A stretch of 64,000 bases of DNA from assembly GCA_902624535.1 (NCBI GenBank), contig CACNYF010000002.1:3128-67127 (forward strand), given 5' to 3'. Made by a program: the position numbers and the translations under genes. Numbering within the stretch: the stretch's first letter is position 1; each line of letters starts with the position of its first letter. Source of the DNA: an uncultured Pelagibacteraceae bacterium (GTDB lineage: Bacteria > Pseudomonadota > Alphaproteobacteria > Pelagibacterales > Pelagibacteraceae). Below, one piece after another: positions 27,862 to 37,384 of this stretch. Below the pieces are notes generated by a model. It saw only the letters and a list, made by a program, of their open reading frames with translations. It made no database searches and was not told the DNA's origin.

Positions 27862-28560
27862 ATGAAAAATTTAATAAAATCAATATTTATTTTTTACATT
27901 TTGTTTTACTCAGTTAATTCATTTGCAGCGACAGGAGCAGCTACTGAATATAAGGTAACAATGACAAAACTTGAACTGTGCGAAACTGGAAGTACTACAG
28001 CAAATTGTTTAAATGCATTAACTATATCACCATCTGGTACATCTGGTGCTGTAGATATTGCAGCAGTCAGTGCAGGAGCTACAGCTGGATCTTATGGAAA
28101 CATTGCAAAAGCAAAAATTGGAACATTATATACCTTTATTCAAATTACTATGAGTAGACAATTTTCAATGACTGGGACAGCAGGAAGTTGTGCAACCAAA
28201 GCTGGTGAGTCTGGTACCAAAACCACAGACGCAAAAGGACAAACTGGTGGTACTCCTGGATCGTCAACTTTATATGTTCCCGATGGAAGTAGTTATAATG
28301 ATCACATGAATGGATCAGTAGACTCATTAGGTGCAAGTGTTTCAAATGATGGTGTAATAGGAAGTAGTGACGAGTTTTTTCAATATAGAAAAATTATTTC
28401 AGGAGGTGGTTTAAAAGTTAAAGCGGGAGATTTTCCTACAGTAAAAGTAGCATTTGATGTTTCAAATGCAGTTGGTGAAGCCACAGGTGGTGCAGCTGCA
28501 TGCACTGGTAATGTTATGTATGCAAATGAACCTGGAATGACAATATCATTTGTTGATTAA
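27862..28560 (+). CDS. Exported Gly/Thr/Ala-rich hypothetical protein
   Basis: Signal peptide ending SFA, 4 Cys, 3 bp after the barrel gene. Confidence 0.75.
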   Translation: MKNLIKSIFIFYILFYSVNSFAATGAATEYKVTMTKLELCETGSTTANCLNALTISPSGTSGAVDIAAVSAGATAGSYGNIAKAKIGTLYTFIQITMSRQFSMTGTAGSCATKAGESGTKTTDAKGQTGGTPGSSTLYVPDGSSYNDHMNGSVDSLGASVSNDGVIGSSDEFFQYRKIISGGGLKVKAGDFPTVKVAFDVSNAVGEATGGAAACTGNVMYANEPGMTISFVD

Positions 28561-28564
28561 CAAA

Positions 28565-28819
28565 TTATTCTAAAGAACTAAAAAGCTTTCCGGTTTTCTC
28601 TAATTCTCTTAATTCTTGATAACCTCCGACATGATAATCATCAAAAAATATTTGAGGAATAGTTCTTCGTCCATTTGCTCTCTTTGTCATTTCGTCCCTA
28701 AGACCTTCTTTTGTTGATATATCTATTTCATCATAACTAAGATTATTTCTTGATAATAATCTTTTTGCTGCATCACAAAAGTTACACATTGGACCAGAAT
28801 AAATTGTTATATTTTTCAT
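28565..28819 (-). CDS. grxC: Glutaredoxin 3
   Basis: CNFC active site, TIPQIF, VGG. Confidence 0.9.
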   Translation of the reverse strand: MKNITIYSGPMCNFCDAAKRLLSRNNLSYDEIDISTKEGLRDEMTKRANGRRTIPQIFFDDYHVGGYQELRELEKTGKLFSSLE

Positions 28820-28851
28820 TAAGCAATATATAAGTGATGTTTTACAAATTA

Positions 28852-29151
28852 CTATAGTAAGTAATCATTTTTATTGATTTTTGACTTAATCTGTTTTCTT
28901 GAATATTCAAATTTTTTTCTGTGTTTTATACTTTGCGAACTTGCTCTTTTTCTCCATAACCTAAATGATGAGGGTTTTAATGATCTCCTCATAATTTTAA
29001 TAACCTCACCTTCAGTCTTTCCAGTTTTTTTTTCAATTTCCTCAAAAGTAATCCGGTCAGCCCACGCCGCCCATACAACCCAATCTGGACTCTCCAAAGG
29101 GGGTTCTGGATTTTTAACTCTGGTTGTGGGTCTGTGACTTTTTTTCATCAA
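28852..29151 (-). CDS. DUF2805/TIGR03643-like small protein
   Basis: AWADRITFEEI...EVIKIMRRSLKPSSFRLWRKR. Confidence 0.75.
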   Translation of the reverse strand: MMKKSHRPTTRVKNPEPPLESPDWVVWAAWADRITFEEIEKKTGKTEGEVIKIMRRSLKPSSFRLWRKRASSQSIKHRKKFEYSRKQIKSKINKNDYLL

Positions 29152-29213
29152 AATTCAACAAATTGCTAAAATTATTTTAATGCAAATATTTAATCCTATG
29201 ATATTATCAGTTT

Positions 29214-29262
29214 TAGATAGTCCTATCTAGCCATCTTTAGCTCCCGGTTTTTTAGGACTATC
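29214..29262 (+). promoter_or_regulatory. Candidate cis-regulatory RNA leader: RBS-sequestering stem with an alternative hairpin
   Basis: GATAGTCCTA (29216-25) is the exact reverse complement of TAGGACTATC (29253-62, contains AGGA); overlapping alternative TAGATAG (29214-20)/CTATCTA (29223-29). Confidence 0.6.
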
Positions 29263-29268
29263 CTCGAA

Positions 29269-29883
29269 ATGCTTCCCATAGATTTTATCCTTTTTTTACA
29301 GATCATCATTTTTATGTTTATAACTCCAGGCACACCTAGAATTGTAATTATCTCTTACTCAATGAATTATGGTGTTCAAAAATGTGTCTGGACTGCGTTA
29401 GGAGACGTAACTGCAAATATAATTCAGGCAACTTTAGTAATTTTTGTAATTGGATCTTTTTTGTCGGACAATCCAACAATATTAAATACTTTAAAATGGT
29501 TAGGTATCGCCTATTTAACATATCTCGCTTATGATATTTATAAATCGAGTCCTAAAGATATAAACACGAAAGATATTTCTAATAAAAGTTTTTTTTCGTT
29601 TTACAAAGATGGATTTTTAGTAGCAGGGACAAGTCCGAAAGCATGGATGTTTTTTCCGTTCATATTCCCGCAATTTATTGATTTTAACTCTAATTATGTT
29701 GTTCAATTTATTATTTTAATTTCTACTTACGTTGTATTGGATTTTCTATCTCTAGTTGGTTATGCAGTCTTAGCTAATAAATTAATTGTTTGGATCAAAG
29801 CTAATCCTAAAATTATAAATACAATTTCAGCTTGTGTAATTATATTGATTGCAATAATTATTGCATTTACCCAACAATACTAG
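29269..29883 (+). CDS. LysE/RhtB family exporter
   Basis: ITPGTP, LKWLGIAYL, GFLVAGTSPKAWMFF, FPQFI. Confidence 0.9.
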   Translation: MLPIDFILFLQIIIFMFITPGTPRIVIISYSMNYGVQKCVWTALGDVTANIIQATLVIFVIGSFLSDNPTILNTLKWLGIAYLTYLAYDIYKSSPKDINTKDISNKSFFSFYKDGFLVAGTSPKAWMFFPFIFPQFIDFNSNYVVQFIILISTYVVLDFLSLVGYAVLANKLIVWIKANPKIINTISACVIILIAIIIAFTQQY

Positions 29884-29967
29884 GGTATATTGCGTTACTA
29901 CTCCCACTTGCAATTAAATAGTTTTTGTTATTAATTTAAGCTTTATTAATTAACTAAAGGGGAATAA

Positions 29968-31206
29968 ATGAAAATAAAAAACATTTTAATTACATTTGTT
30001 TCTGCAATAGCATTATTATTTTCAACTTCAGTTGTATCTTTTGCAAAAGTTGTTGGAGATAAAATTATTTTAGGTGCTGCAATCTCTTTAACTGGTAAGT
30101 ATTCATCTAATGGTGTTCATACTCAAAACGGCTATAACATGGCTGTTGATAGAATTAACAGCATGGGTGGAGTAAAAGTTGGGGGAAAAACTTATAAGTT
30201 TGACATCATATATTATGATGATGAGTCAAACCCTAAGAGAGCAGCTCAACTTGCAGAAAGATTAATCTCACAAGATAAAGTAGAGTTCATGCTTGGACCT
30301 TACAGTTCAGGTTTGACAAAAGCGATCGCACCAGTAACAGAAAAATATGGTGTTCCAATGGTTGAGGCTAACGGTGCTTCTAGATCTTTGTTTACAAAAG
30401 GTTACAAATATCTATTTGCGGTATTAGCACCAGCAAACTTGTATCTTGATGTAGCAATAAGAACAGCTGTTGAGTTAAATGGCGGAAAAGGTGTAAGAAT
30501 TGCACAAGCTTTTGAACAAGATGCATTCTCACAAGACGTACGATTAGGCATTTTAGATGCTGCTAAAGAAACTGGATCTGAAATTATAATCGACGATAAA
30601 CTTCCAAAAGAACTTAATGATATGGCTGCTACATTAGTTAAAGTAAAACAAATGAAGCCAGATGTATTGGTTGTTTCAGGTCATACAAAAGGAGCTTTGA
30701 CAGCTATAAGACAAATTTCAGAAATGAAAGTTGATGTTCCAATGTTGGCAATGACACACTGTGATGCTGCAAAATTATCAAAGCAACACGGTAAAAATTC
30801 TCAATATGCATTATGTGCTTCTCAATGGCATAAAACATTAACTTACAAAGATGATTTCTTTAAAGATGGCATGACTTATGCGGCAGATTTCCAAAAAGAA
30901 TTTGGATATGACCCACCATATCAGTCGGCAGAGTCTTCAGCTGCATTGTTAGTATTTAAAGATGCTTTTGAAAGAGCAAATACTTTTGATCAAAAAAAAG
31001 TAAGAGATGCTCTTGCTGCAACTAACATGCAAACATTCTATGGAAATATTAAATTTGCACCTGGTGGTCAAAATGTTGACAAACCAATGGTACTTTTCCA
31101 AGTAATGTGTGACGCTGGTGGAAAGTGTGAAAATAAAGTTGTTGCTCCATTAAAATGGGCTTCAGCAGAGTTAATTCACCCAATTCCAAAGTGGTCTGAA
31201 AGATAA
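29968..31206 (+). CDS. Liv-type (HAAT) ABC transporter substrate-binding protein
   Basis: Signal peptide, GAAISLTG, YYDDES, LGPYSS. Confidence 0.9.
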   Translation: MKIKNILITFVSAIALLFSTSVVSFAKVVGDKIILGAAISLTGKYSSNGVHTQNGYNMAVDRINSMGGVKVGGKTYKFDIIYYDDESNPKRAAQLAERLISQDKVEFMLGPYSSGLTKAIAPVTEKYGVPMVEANGASRSLFTKGYKYLFAVLAPANLYLDVAIRTAVELNGGKGVRIAQAFEQDAFSQDVRLGILDAAKETGSEIIIDDKLPKELNDMAATLVKVKQMKPDVLVVSGHTKGALTAIRQISEMKVDVPMLAMTHCDAAKLSKQHGKNSQYALCASQWHKTLTYKDDFFKDGMTYAADFQKEFGYDPPYQSAESSAALLVFKDAFERANTFDQKKVRDALAATNMQTFYGNIKFAPGGQNVDKPMVLFQVMCDAGGKCENKVVAPLKWASAELIHPIPKWSER

Positions 31207-31218
31207 AAAAAAACATTT

Positions 31219-31247
31219 AAGCCCCCTAGAAATAGGGGGTTTTTTTT
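31219..31247 (+). terminator. Intrinsic terminator/stabilising hairpin after SBP gene
   Basis: AAGCCCCCTA-GAAA-TAGGGGGTT followed by a T run. Confidence 0.85.
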
Positions 31248-31267
31248 ATAGAAATCAAAAATAAACT

Positions 31268-32161
31268 ATGGATTTTTTAGTCTTCCAATATCCAATGATA
31301 ACAATTCAAGCATGTCTTGATGGACTTTTACTTGGAATATTATTTGCATTAATTGCTTATGGAATGGCACTCCAATGGGGTGTTATGAACATAATAAATA
31401 TTGCACAGGGAGACCTTGTTATACTTGGTGGTTACATTGCATATTTTATGTATCTATATGGAATTCATCCGGCTTGGGGAGTAATTGTCTCTCCTATAAT
31501 TATGTATTTTGTTGGTATCGCAATTTATAAATTAGTTATAAATAAAGTTGTAGACAGAGATCTCTTCATTTCAATATTAGCGACATTTGGAATTAGCATT
31601 CTTTTCATGCAGTTAATGAACTTTGCATTTGGAGCAGACGTTGTTTTGGCTAATTCTGGATACGGGACCACAATGTTGTTTGATAATAACGTCGTTTTGC
31701 CGAACTCTAAAATATTTTCTGCCTTTATAAGTATTGTATTTGCAATTTGTTTAGTAGTTTATATGAAAAGATCAAAATTAGGTCGTGCTATTAGAGCAAC
31801 AGCTCAAAACGCAAGAGCTGCAAAAATTTTAGGTGTTGATACTGAAAAAGTTTATGCAGCAACCTTTGGAATAAATGCAGCGTTATGTGGTGTAGCTGGG
31901 GCGTTAATTTCAATAACATTTACTATCCACCCATACATGGGATTACCTTACACTATAAGATCATTTATGATTGTAATTGTTGCGGGATTAGGAAATTTAC
32001 CTGGAGTTGCTATGTCAGGTATGGGATTAGGAATATTTGAAGAATTTGCAGATTACATTCTTGGTACAGAATTTAGAATTGGTTCAGTATTTTTATTATT
32101 AGTTTTAATTTTAGTTTACAGAAGATTTAAACTTTCAAGAAAGAGAGAGTATTTAAAGTGA
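31268..32161 (+). CDS. Liv-type ABC permease (LivH family)
   Basis: GVMNIINIAQG, GRAIRATAQN. Confidence 0.9.
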   Translation: MDFLVFQYPMITIQACLDGLLLGILFALIAYGMALQWGVMNIINIAQGDLVILGGYIAYFMYLYGIHPAWGVIVSPIIMYFVGIAIYKLVINKVVDRDLFISILATFGISILFMQLMNFAFGADVVLANSGYGTTMLFDNNVVLPNSKIFSAFISIVFAICLVVYMKRSKLGRAIRATAQNARAAKILGVDTEKVYAATFGINAALCGVAGALISITFTIHPYMGLPYTIRSFMIVIVAGLGNLPGVAMSGMGLGIFEEFADYILGTEFRIGSVFLLLVLILVYRRFKLSRKREYLK

Positions 32162-32340
32162 AAAAAGCTAAAATTAAGGATGATAATGGCAAATTTATAG
32201 AGGTGGATATTGTCAAATTTAAAAAACATTTAGATCAATATCATTCAACAGGATCTAGTCTTCATGAAGAAAATGGACACTATTTTACAGTTGATAAAGA
32301 TTTTAGAGATAAAATAGAGAGTTTATATGAACAAAAATAG
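32158..32340 (+). CDS. Small hydrophilic hypothetical protein
   Basis: 60 aa, GTGA overlap with upstream gene, exactly fills the livH-livM gap. Confidence 0.6.
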   Translation: MKKAKIKDDNGKFIEVDIVKFKKHLDQYHSTGSSLHEENGHYFTVDKDFRDKIESLYEQK

Positions 32341-33379
32341 TTGGATCTTGTACATTGGAATTTTAGTATTCGGTTTATTTGCACCATTTGTTTTTCCAGC
32401 TTTTAAAGTTCAATTATCAATTCTATGTGTATTAATTGTTCTAGCAACTACTTGGAATATCCAAGGTGGTGAAATGGGCTACAACACATTTGGAAATATT
32501 CTTTTTTATGGTTTGGGAATGTATCTTTGCGCATCAGTTCAAGTCGGTATGTTTTTCCCATTGGCAGAATGGACAGAAAGCGGTGGTGAAAAAACTTTCG
32601 TTCATACACCTTCACAATTCTTTCAAGGTATGGCAGCTGGTCTGGTAGTTGCCGCTGTTGTTCCTACAATAGTTGCGGGATTAATTGGTTATGCAATTTT
32701 AGGATTAAGAGGTCATTATTTTGCAATTTGTACATTAGGTTTAGGAGTTGCAGCAGGAGAAATTTCTGGAGGTATTGAAATTATTGGAGCTGGACAGGGC
32801 TTTACTACTCCTCCTTTTCCAAACATAGGAGGCCTTGAGGCAAGAGGTGAATTTTTTTATTTTCTAAGTTTTGGAGCACTCGTTCTAACTTTCATTGCTG
32901 TAAGAGCAATTTACACAACAAGGTTTAGATTAATTCTGAACGCAATCAGAGATAATGAAGACAAAGCTGAAGCAATGGGAATTGAGACTATGAAATACAA
33001 AATAACTGGATGGATGATTTCAGCTTTCTTTTGTGGTCTTGCAGGAGGAATAATGGGAGGTCTAGTTGGTTATATCGACTCAACAGATGTTGCATTCGAC
33101 GGGAGAGAAATGGGTGTTTTTATGGTTTTAATGGCAATCCTTGGAGGTAAGGGAACTTTATGGGGCCCAATTATTGGTGCAACTTTATTTCACTTTTTTA
33201 AAGAGGGTTTTTGGACATTCTTCCTTGGTTGGCAATATGTTGCATTAGGAGTTTTAATAGTAGTTATAGTAATTTATTTCCCTGAGGGATTAATGGGATG
33301 GTTAAGAGAAAAATATCCAGAAAGATTTGGTGAAGTTGTCGATGAAGCTGATCGAAAAGCACAGGTTGAATTAAAATGA
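32327..33379 (+). CDS. Liv-type ABC permease (LivM family)
   Basis: LRGHYFAICTL, AIRDNE, GGKGTLWGP. Confidence 0.9.
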   Translation: MNKNSWILYIGILVFGLFAPFVFPAFKVQLSILCVLIVLATTWNIQGGEMGYNTFGNILFYGLGMYLCASVQVGMFFPLAEWTESGGEKTFVHTPSQFFQGMAAGLVVAAVVPTIVAGLIGYAILGLRGHYFAICTLGLGVAAGEISGGIEIIGAGQGFTTPPFPNIGGLEARGEFFYFLSFGALVLTFIAVRAIYTTRFRLILNAIRDNEDKAEAMGIETMKYKITGWMISAFFCGLAGGIMGGLVGYIDSTDVAFDGREMGVFMVLMAILGGKGTLWGPIIGATLFHFFKEGFWTFFLGWQYVALGVLIVVIVIYFPEGLMGWLREKYPERFGEVVDEADRKAQVELK

Positions 33380-34116
33380 GTATTTTAGAAGTAAACAACG
33401 TAAGTAAATCATTCGGAGGTGTTAAAGCTAATGTTGATATTTCTATGTCAGTTGAAAAAGGAAAGATAGTTGGTCTTATAGGACCTAATGGATCTGGCAA
33501 AACTACATTGTTTAATTCGATAGTTGGCACATATCCAATAGATAATGGTTCAATTAAGTTTAATGGAAAAGAAGTATCAGAATTACCAGTACCAGTAATT
33601 GCAAAACTAGGATTATTAAGAACATTTCAGCAAACTAGAATTTATGGAAAATTAAATTGTGTAGATAATATGCTTATCAGTCACAAAGGTAGTGATGAAA
33701 GTTTGTTTAAAATATTCTCAAAAATTCCAAAAGAGCTTACAGAAAAAGCAGAAAATTTACTTAATTTTGTTGGATTATATCAAAAAAGAAAACTTAGAGC
33801 AGGAGACTTATCTTTTGGTCAGCAAAAGTTATTAGAACTTGCAATGGCACTAATGAATGAACCAGAAATGTTGTTATTAGATGAACCAACTGCAGGTATA
33901 AATCCCACTTTAATTAATGGAATTATTGACAGACTAATCAAAGTTAATCAAGATTTTGGCATAACATTACTTGTTATTGAGCACAATATGAGAGTAATTA
34001 TGCAATTAGCAGAAGACATTTTTTGCCTTGCTCACGGCAAAATGCTCGCAAATGGCACTCCCGAAGAAATTAAAAATGATAAAAGAGTAGTTGATGCATA
34101 TTTGGGGGCTCAATAA
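33376..34116 (+). CDS. Liv-type ABC ATPase (LivG family)
   Basis: GPNGSGKTT, LSFGQ, LLDEP, AYLG. Confidence 0.9.
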   Translation: MSILEVNNVSKSFGGVKANVDISMSVEKGKIVGLIGPNGSGKTTLFNSIVGTYPIDNGSIKFNGKEVSELPVPVIAKLGLLRTFQQTRIYGKLNCVDNMLISHKGSDESLFKIFSKIPKELTEKAENLLNFVGLYQKRKLRAGDLSFGQQKLLELAMALMNEPEMLLLDEPTAGINPTLINGIIDRLIKVNQDFGITLLVIEHNMRVIMQLAEDIFCLAHGKMLANGTPEEIKNDKRVVDAYLGAQ

Positions 34117-34901
34117 TGTCTAGTCAATATGAAGTTTTAGGAAAAGCACCTGGTGCGGAGGATCTAAAAAACTTATCCTCAGAAGATATTCATTTAACTA
34201 TAAAAAATTTAAATGCAGGATATGGTAAAATGGAAATTCTTCATAATTTTGATTTATTTGTAAGTAAAGCACAATCATTATGTTTAATTGGTCCAAATGG
34301 AGCTGGCAAATCAACAATACTTCATTCAATATATGGGTTTACAAATATTTTCTCAGGCAAAATAGAAATTGATGGAAAAGAAATAACTAATTTAACTCCA
34401 GCTGAAAAATTGAAGTCAGTTGGTATAGCTTATATTCTGCAAGATAACTCAGTTTTTCCAGATATGACTGTAGAGGAAAATTTATTAATGGGTGGTTTCA
34501 TTAAAGATAAAACAGAAGAATCATATCAAGAGGCAGAAAAAATTTTAGATAAATATGAAAGATTAAGAAATAGAAGAAATCAACCAGCAAAAGTTTTATC
34601 AGGTGGAGAAAGAAGATTATTAGAAATATCAAGAGCTTTAGTAATGAAACCTTCTGTTCTTTTAGTTGATGAACCTTCTATTGGATTAGAGCCGAGATAT
34701 ATTGATATGGTGTTTGAAATTTTGGGTGACTTACAAAAAAATGAAAAGAAAACAATTATTCTAGTTGAACAAAACGCCAAAAAAGGTTTAGAGTTTTCTG
34801 ATATTGGATATGTTTTGGTATCTGGCCAAACTGCAATAGCTGGAAGAGGTGATGATTTACTTAAAAACGATGATGTTGGACGTCTATTCCTAGGCGGATG
34901 A
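34116..34901 (+). CDS. Liv-type ABC ATPase (LivF family)
   Basis: GPNGAGKST, LSGGE, DEPSIGL, VEQNA. Confidence 0.9.
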   Translation: MSSQYEVLGKAPGAEDLKNLSSEDIHLTIKNLNAGYGKMEILHNFDLFVSKAQSLCLIGPNGAGKSTILHSIYGFTNIFSGKIEIDGKEITNLTPAEKLKSVGIAYILQDNSVFPDMTVEENLLMGGFIKDKTEESYQEAEKILDKYERLRNRRNQPAKVLSGGERRLLEISRALVMKPSVLLVDEPSIGLEPRYIDMVFEILGDLQKNEKKTIILVEQNAKKGLEFSDIGYVLVSGQTAIAGRGDDLLKNDDVGRLFLGG

Positions 34902-35602
34902 TTAATTCAAAATATTTTTTTAAAGGAATTCTTTCTGCAAAAGAATTCGATAGCCCTGCAATTGCTCTTGGTTTAAGCTTTTTAGCAATTGGTGCTTTAT
35001 TAAAAAATTTAGGTTTTACAATTCAAGAAAGTATTTTTTCTACCTTTTTAACTTATGCATTACCTGGCTCACTTGTGATGGCAGAATCAATTTTGATTGG
35101 CGTTTCGTTACTTAATTTATTTTTTGCAGTTTGGTTAGTGAATGCAAGATTGTATCCGATGACTGTATCTTTAATGCCATTGTTACAGCACCAAAGTCAA
35201 CCAAGATGGAAGTATTATCTTTCATGTCATTTTGTTGCAGTATCTTCGTGGTTAATTCTTAAAAATAATTATAAAGATATTGAAAAAAAATATAGAGTCG
35301 ATTTTTGGATAGGAATTGGAACTGCAACTTGGTTGATAGCAATTTTTTCAACGATCTTAGGTTATTACTCGGCTGATTTCTTAAATAGAGAGATGATGAT
35401 TGGACTAGCTATAATTAATCCAATTTATTTTACTTGCACAATGATAGGGGTGATGAAGTCTATACAATTAAATGTTTCAATAATTTTAGGAGCTATCTTA
35501 GGACCTTTATTTTATCTTATTAGCCCTGATTGGTGTGTTTTGATCGGTGGGTTTATAGCTGGAACTGTTGCTTTTGTAATAGGAGAGAAAAATGTCAGCT
35601 AA
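34898..35602 (+). CDS. azlC: AzlC family branched-chain amino acid exporter subunit
   Basis: Hydrophobic, LVNAR motif, paired with an AzlD-like gene. Confidence 0.75.
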   Translation: MINSKYFFKGILSAKEFDSPAIALGLSFLAIGALLKNLGFTIQESIFSTFLTYALPGSLVMAESILIGVSLLNLFFAVWLVNARLYPMTVSLMPLLQHQSQPRWKYYLSCHFVAVSSWLILKNNYKDIEKKYRVDFWIGIGTATWLIAIFSTILGYYSADFLNREMMIGLAIINPIYFTCTMIGVMKSIQLNVSIILGAILGPLFYLISPDWCVLIGGFIAGTVAFVIGEKNVS

Positions 35603-35918
35603 TATTGTTTTAATAATAGTTATTACGTCTTTAGCTACTTATATTTCAAGGTTTTTAGGAGCTTTTACATCTGAAATAATAGATGAAAATACTAAAATAT
35701 ATAGGTGGTTTAATTATTTAGCTTATTCGACATTAGCTGCTCTAATTTCAAGAATGATAATATTCCCAGCTGGGGCGCTTTCTGACAGTAATTATTTGTC
35801 TAGATTTATTGTTGTACTTTTTGCAGTAATAATTTTTAATATAACAAAAAAAAATTTAGTTTACCCAACTTTATTCTCTGCTATCATTATGTTTTTATTA
35901 AGTAGCGTTTATATATAA
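35592..35918 (+). CDS. azlD: AzlD family exporter small subunit
   Basis: 108 aa hydrophobic, ATYISRFLG, TLAALI. Confidence 0.7.
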   Translation: MSANIVLIIVITSLATYISRFLGAFTSEIIDENTKIYRWFNYLAYSTLAALISRMIIFPAGALSDSNYLSRFIVVLFAVIIFNITKKNLVYPTLFSAIIMFLLSSVYI

Positions 35919-36425
35919 ATGAAAAAAATTATTTTATTATTGTTTATAATTTTAATACCAAGTATTTCACAAGCAGCATGTGATGATCCTTTAACTGACG
36001 GTGTTGATTATACTAATTGTAGATTTTCAGATGGACAAGATTTACAAGGCAGTTATTTGCCTAACTCAAATTTATCATTTGCAAGTTTTATACAAGTAAA
36101 TTTTGATAAAAGTATTATGATGACATCAAATTTGTCATTTGGAACTTTTCCAGAGTCATCATTTATAAGAGCTAACTTATACGAGTCAACTCTTGTTGGT
36201 GGAAATTTTGAAAAAGCTAATTTTACTGGAGCAAATATGACTAGAGTTGATTTTATGGGCTCAACATTAATTGAAACGAATTTTCAAAACGCAAATCTAA
36301 TGGAAGCTAATTTTACCTCATCTAATATGACTAATGCTAATTTTGATGGAGCAAACCTAATTGGAGCCACCTGGACTAATGGTGAAACATGTGGACCAAA
36401 TTCAATTGGTGTTTGTAATAAATAA
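35919..36425 (+). CDS. Exported pentapeptide-repeat protein
   Basis: Signal peptide; A(N/D)(L/F)xx repeats (ANFTG ANMTR, ANLME ANFTS, ANFDG ANLIG). Confidence 0.9.
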   Translation: MKKIILLLFIILIPSISQAACDDPLTDGVDYTNCRFSDGQDLQGSYLPNSNLSFASFIQVNFDKSIMMTSNLSFGTFPESSFIRANLYESTLVGGNFEKANFTGANMTRVDFMGSTLIETNFQNANLMEANFTSSNMTNANFDGANLIGATWTNGETCGPNSIGVCNK

Positions 36426-36430
36426 TTATA

Positions 36431-37351
36431 ATGCATAGCTTAGATACCATTCAAGGCTTTGATATTTCATTCAGTGATTATTCCAAAAGAATAATAAATA
36501 TTAAAATTGAAGATGAAATTATTGATAAATTAATATTTCCTTTCAAAAAATTTGATATTACGGCTCTTGAATATAAACCTTTTACTAGATTTACACTTGC
36601 AAAATCTTTAGACGATTCAACAGGTGGAAAGCTAGGAAAATTTATAAACTCAGTTTTAAGAGATAGAGATACTGGTTGTTTTATTATAGGGCCTAAAAAT
36701 AAGTCCAAAAAAATTGATAATAATTTTCTTATTAAATTATCAACAGCCGTAACACACTTACTTGGTAATCCAAATTTTGATTCAATGGCTGGAAAATATT
36801 ATGCGAGATTTCATGTTAAACATGAGGACAATAGCGATTCATATCTTAGAAAAGCATATACTAATATGGATCTTCATACTGATGGAACTTACGTCAAAGA
36901 AAAAACTGATTGGTTGTTAATGTTAAAAATGGAGGAAGAAAATGTTCAAGGAGGTGAAACTGCAATGTTACACCTTGATGATTGGGAACATTTAGATAGC
37001 TTAACTAATGATAAAGTTGGAAAACAAAACTTTATATGGGGTTCCCCAAAAAGTAAAAATGTTGATTACAAGGTGGAACATCCTGTTTTTTCAGAAGACG
37101 AAAATGGAAAACCACAAATTTCTTACATAGACCAATTTCCTGAGCCCAAAAATATGGAACAAGGATTATTTTTACAAAAATTATCAGACTCTTTAGAGGG
37201 AAGCCAAAAAAAGATTGTCATGCCTTTACCAGTAGGTTTTTCAGTAGTTGCAAATAACTATTTCTGGCTTCATGGTAGAAAACCATTTGTAGAAAATAAA
37301 AAATTATCAAGAGAATTACTAAGAATTAGAGGTTCTTTTTTTACTAATTAA
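36431..37351 (+). CDS. glaH: Glutarate 2-hydroxylase (CsiD/GlaH), Fe/2-oxoglutarate dioxygenase
   Basis: ALEYKPFTRF, GKYYARF, SDSYLRKA, LHTDGTYV, LHLDDWEHL, NNYFWLHGR. Confidence 0.85.
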   Translation: MHSLDTIQGFDISFSDYSKRIINIKIEDEIIDKLIFPFKKFDITALEYKPFTRFTLAKSLDDSTGGKLGKFINSVLRDRDTGCFIIGPKNKSKKIDNNFLIKLSTAVTHLLGNPNFDSMAGKYYARFHVKHEDNSDSYLRKAYTNMDLHTDGTYVKEKTDWLLMLKMEEENVQGGETAMLHLDDWEHLDSLTNDKVGKQNFIWGSPKSKNVDYKVEHPVFSEDENGKPQISYIDQFPEPKNMEQGLFLQKLSDSLEGSQKKIVMPLPVGFSVVANNYFWLHGRKPFVENKKLSRELLRIRGSFFTN

Positions 37352-37384
37352 TTAATTTTAGTGATAATAATCACTTAGTTTATC

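Noticed and set aside
36040-36375. 15-bp periodicity
   Set aside because: Explained by pentapeptide-repeat coding
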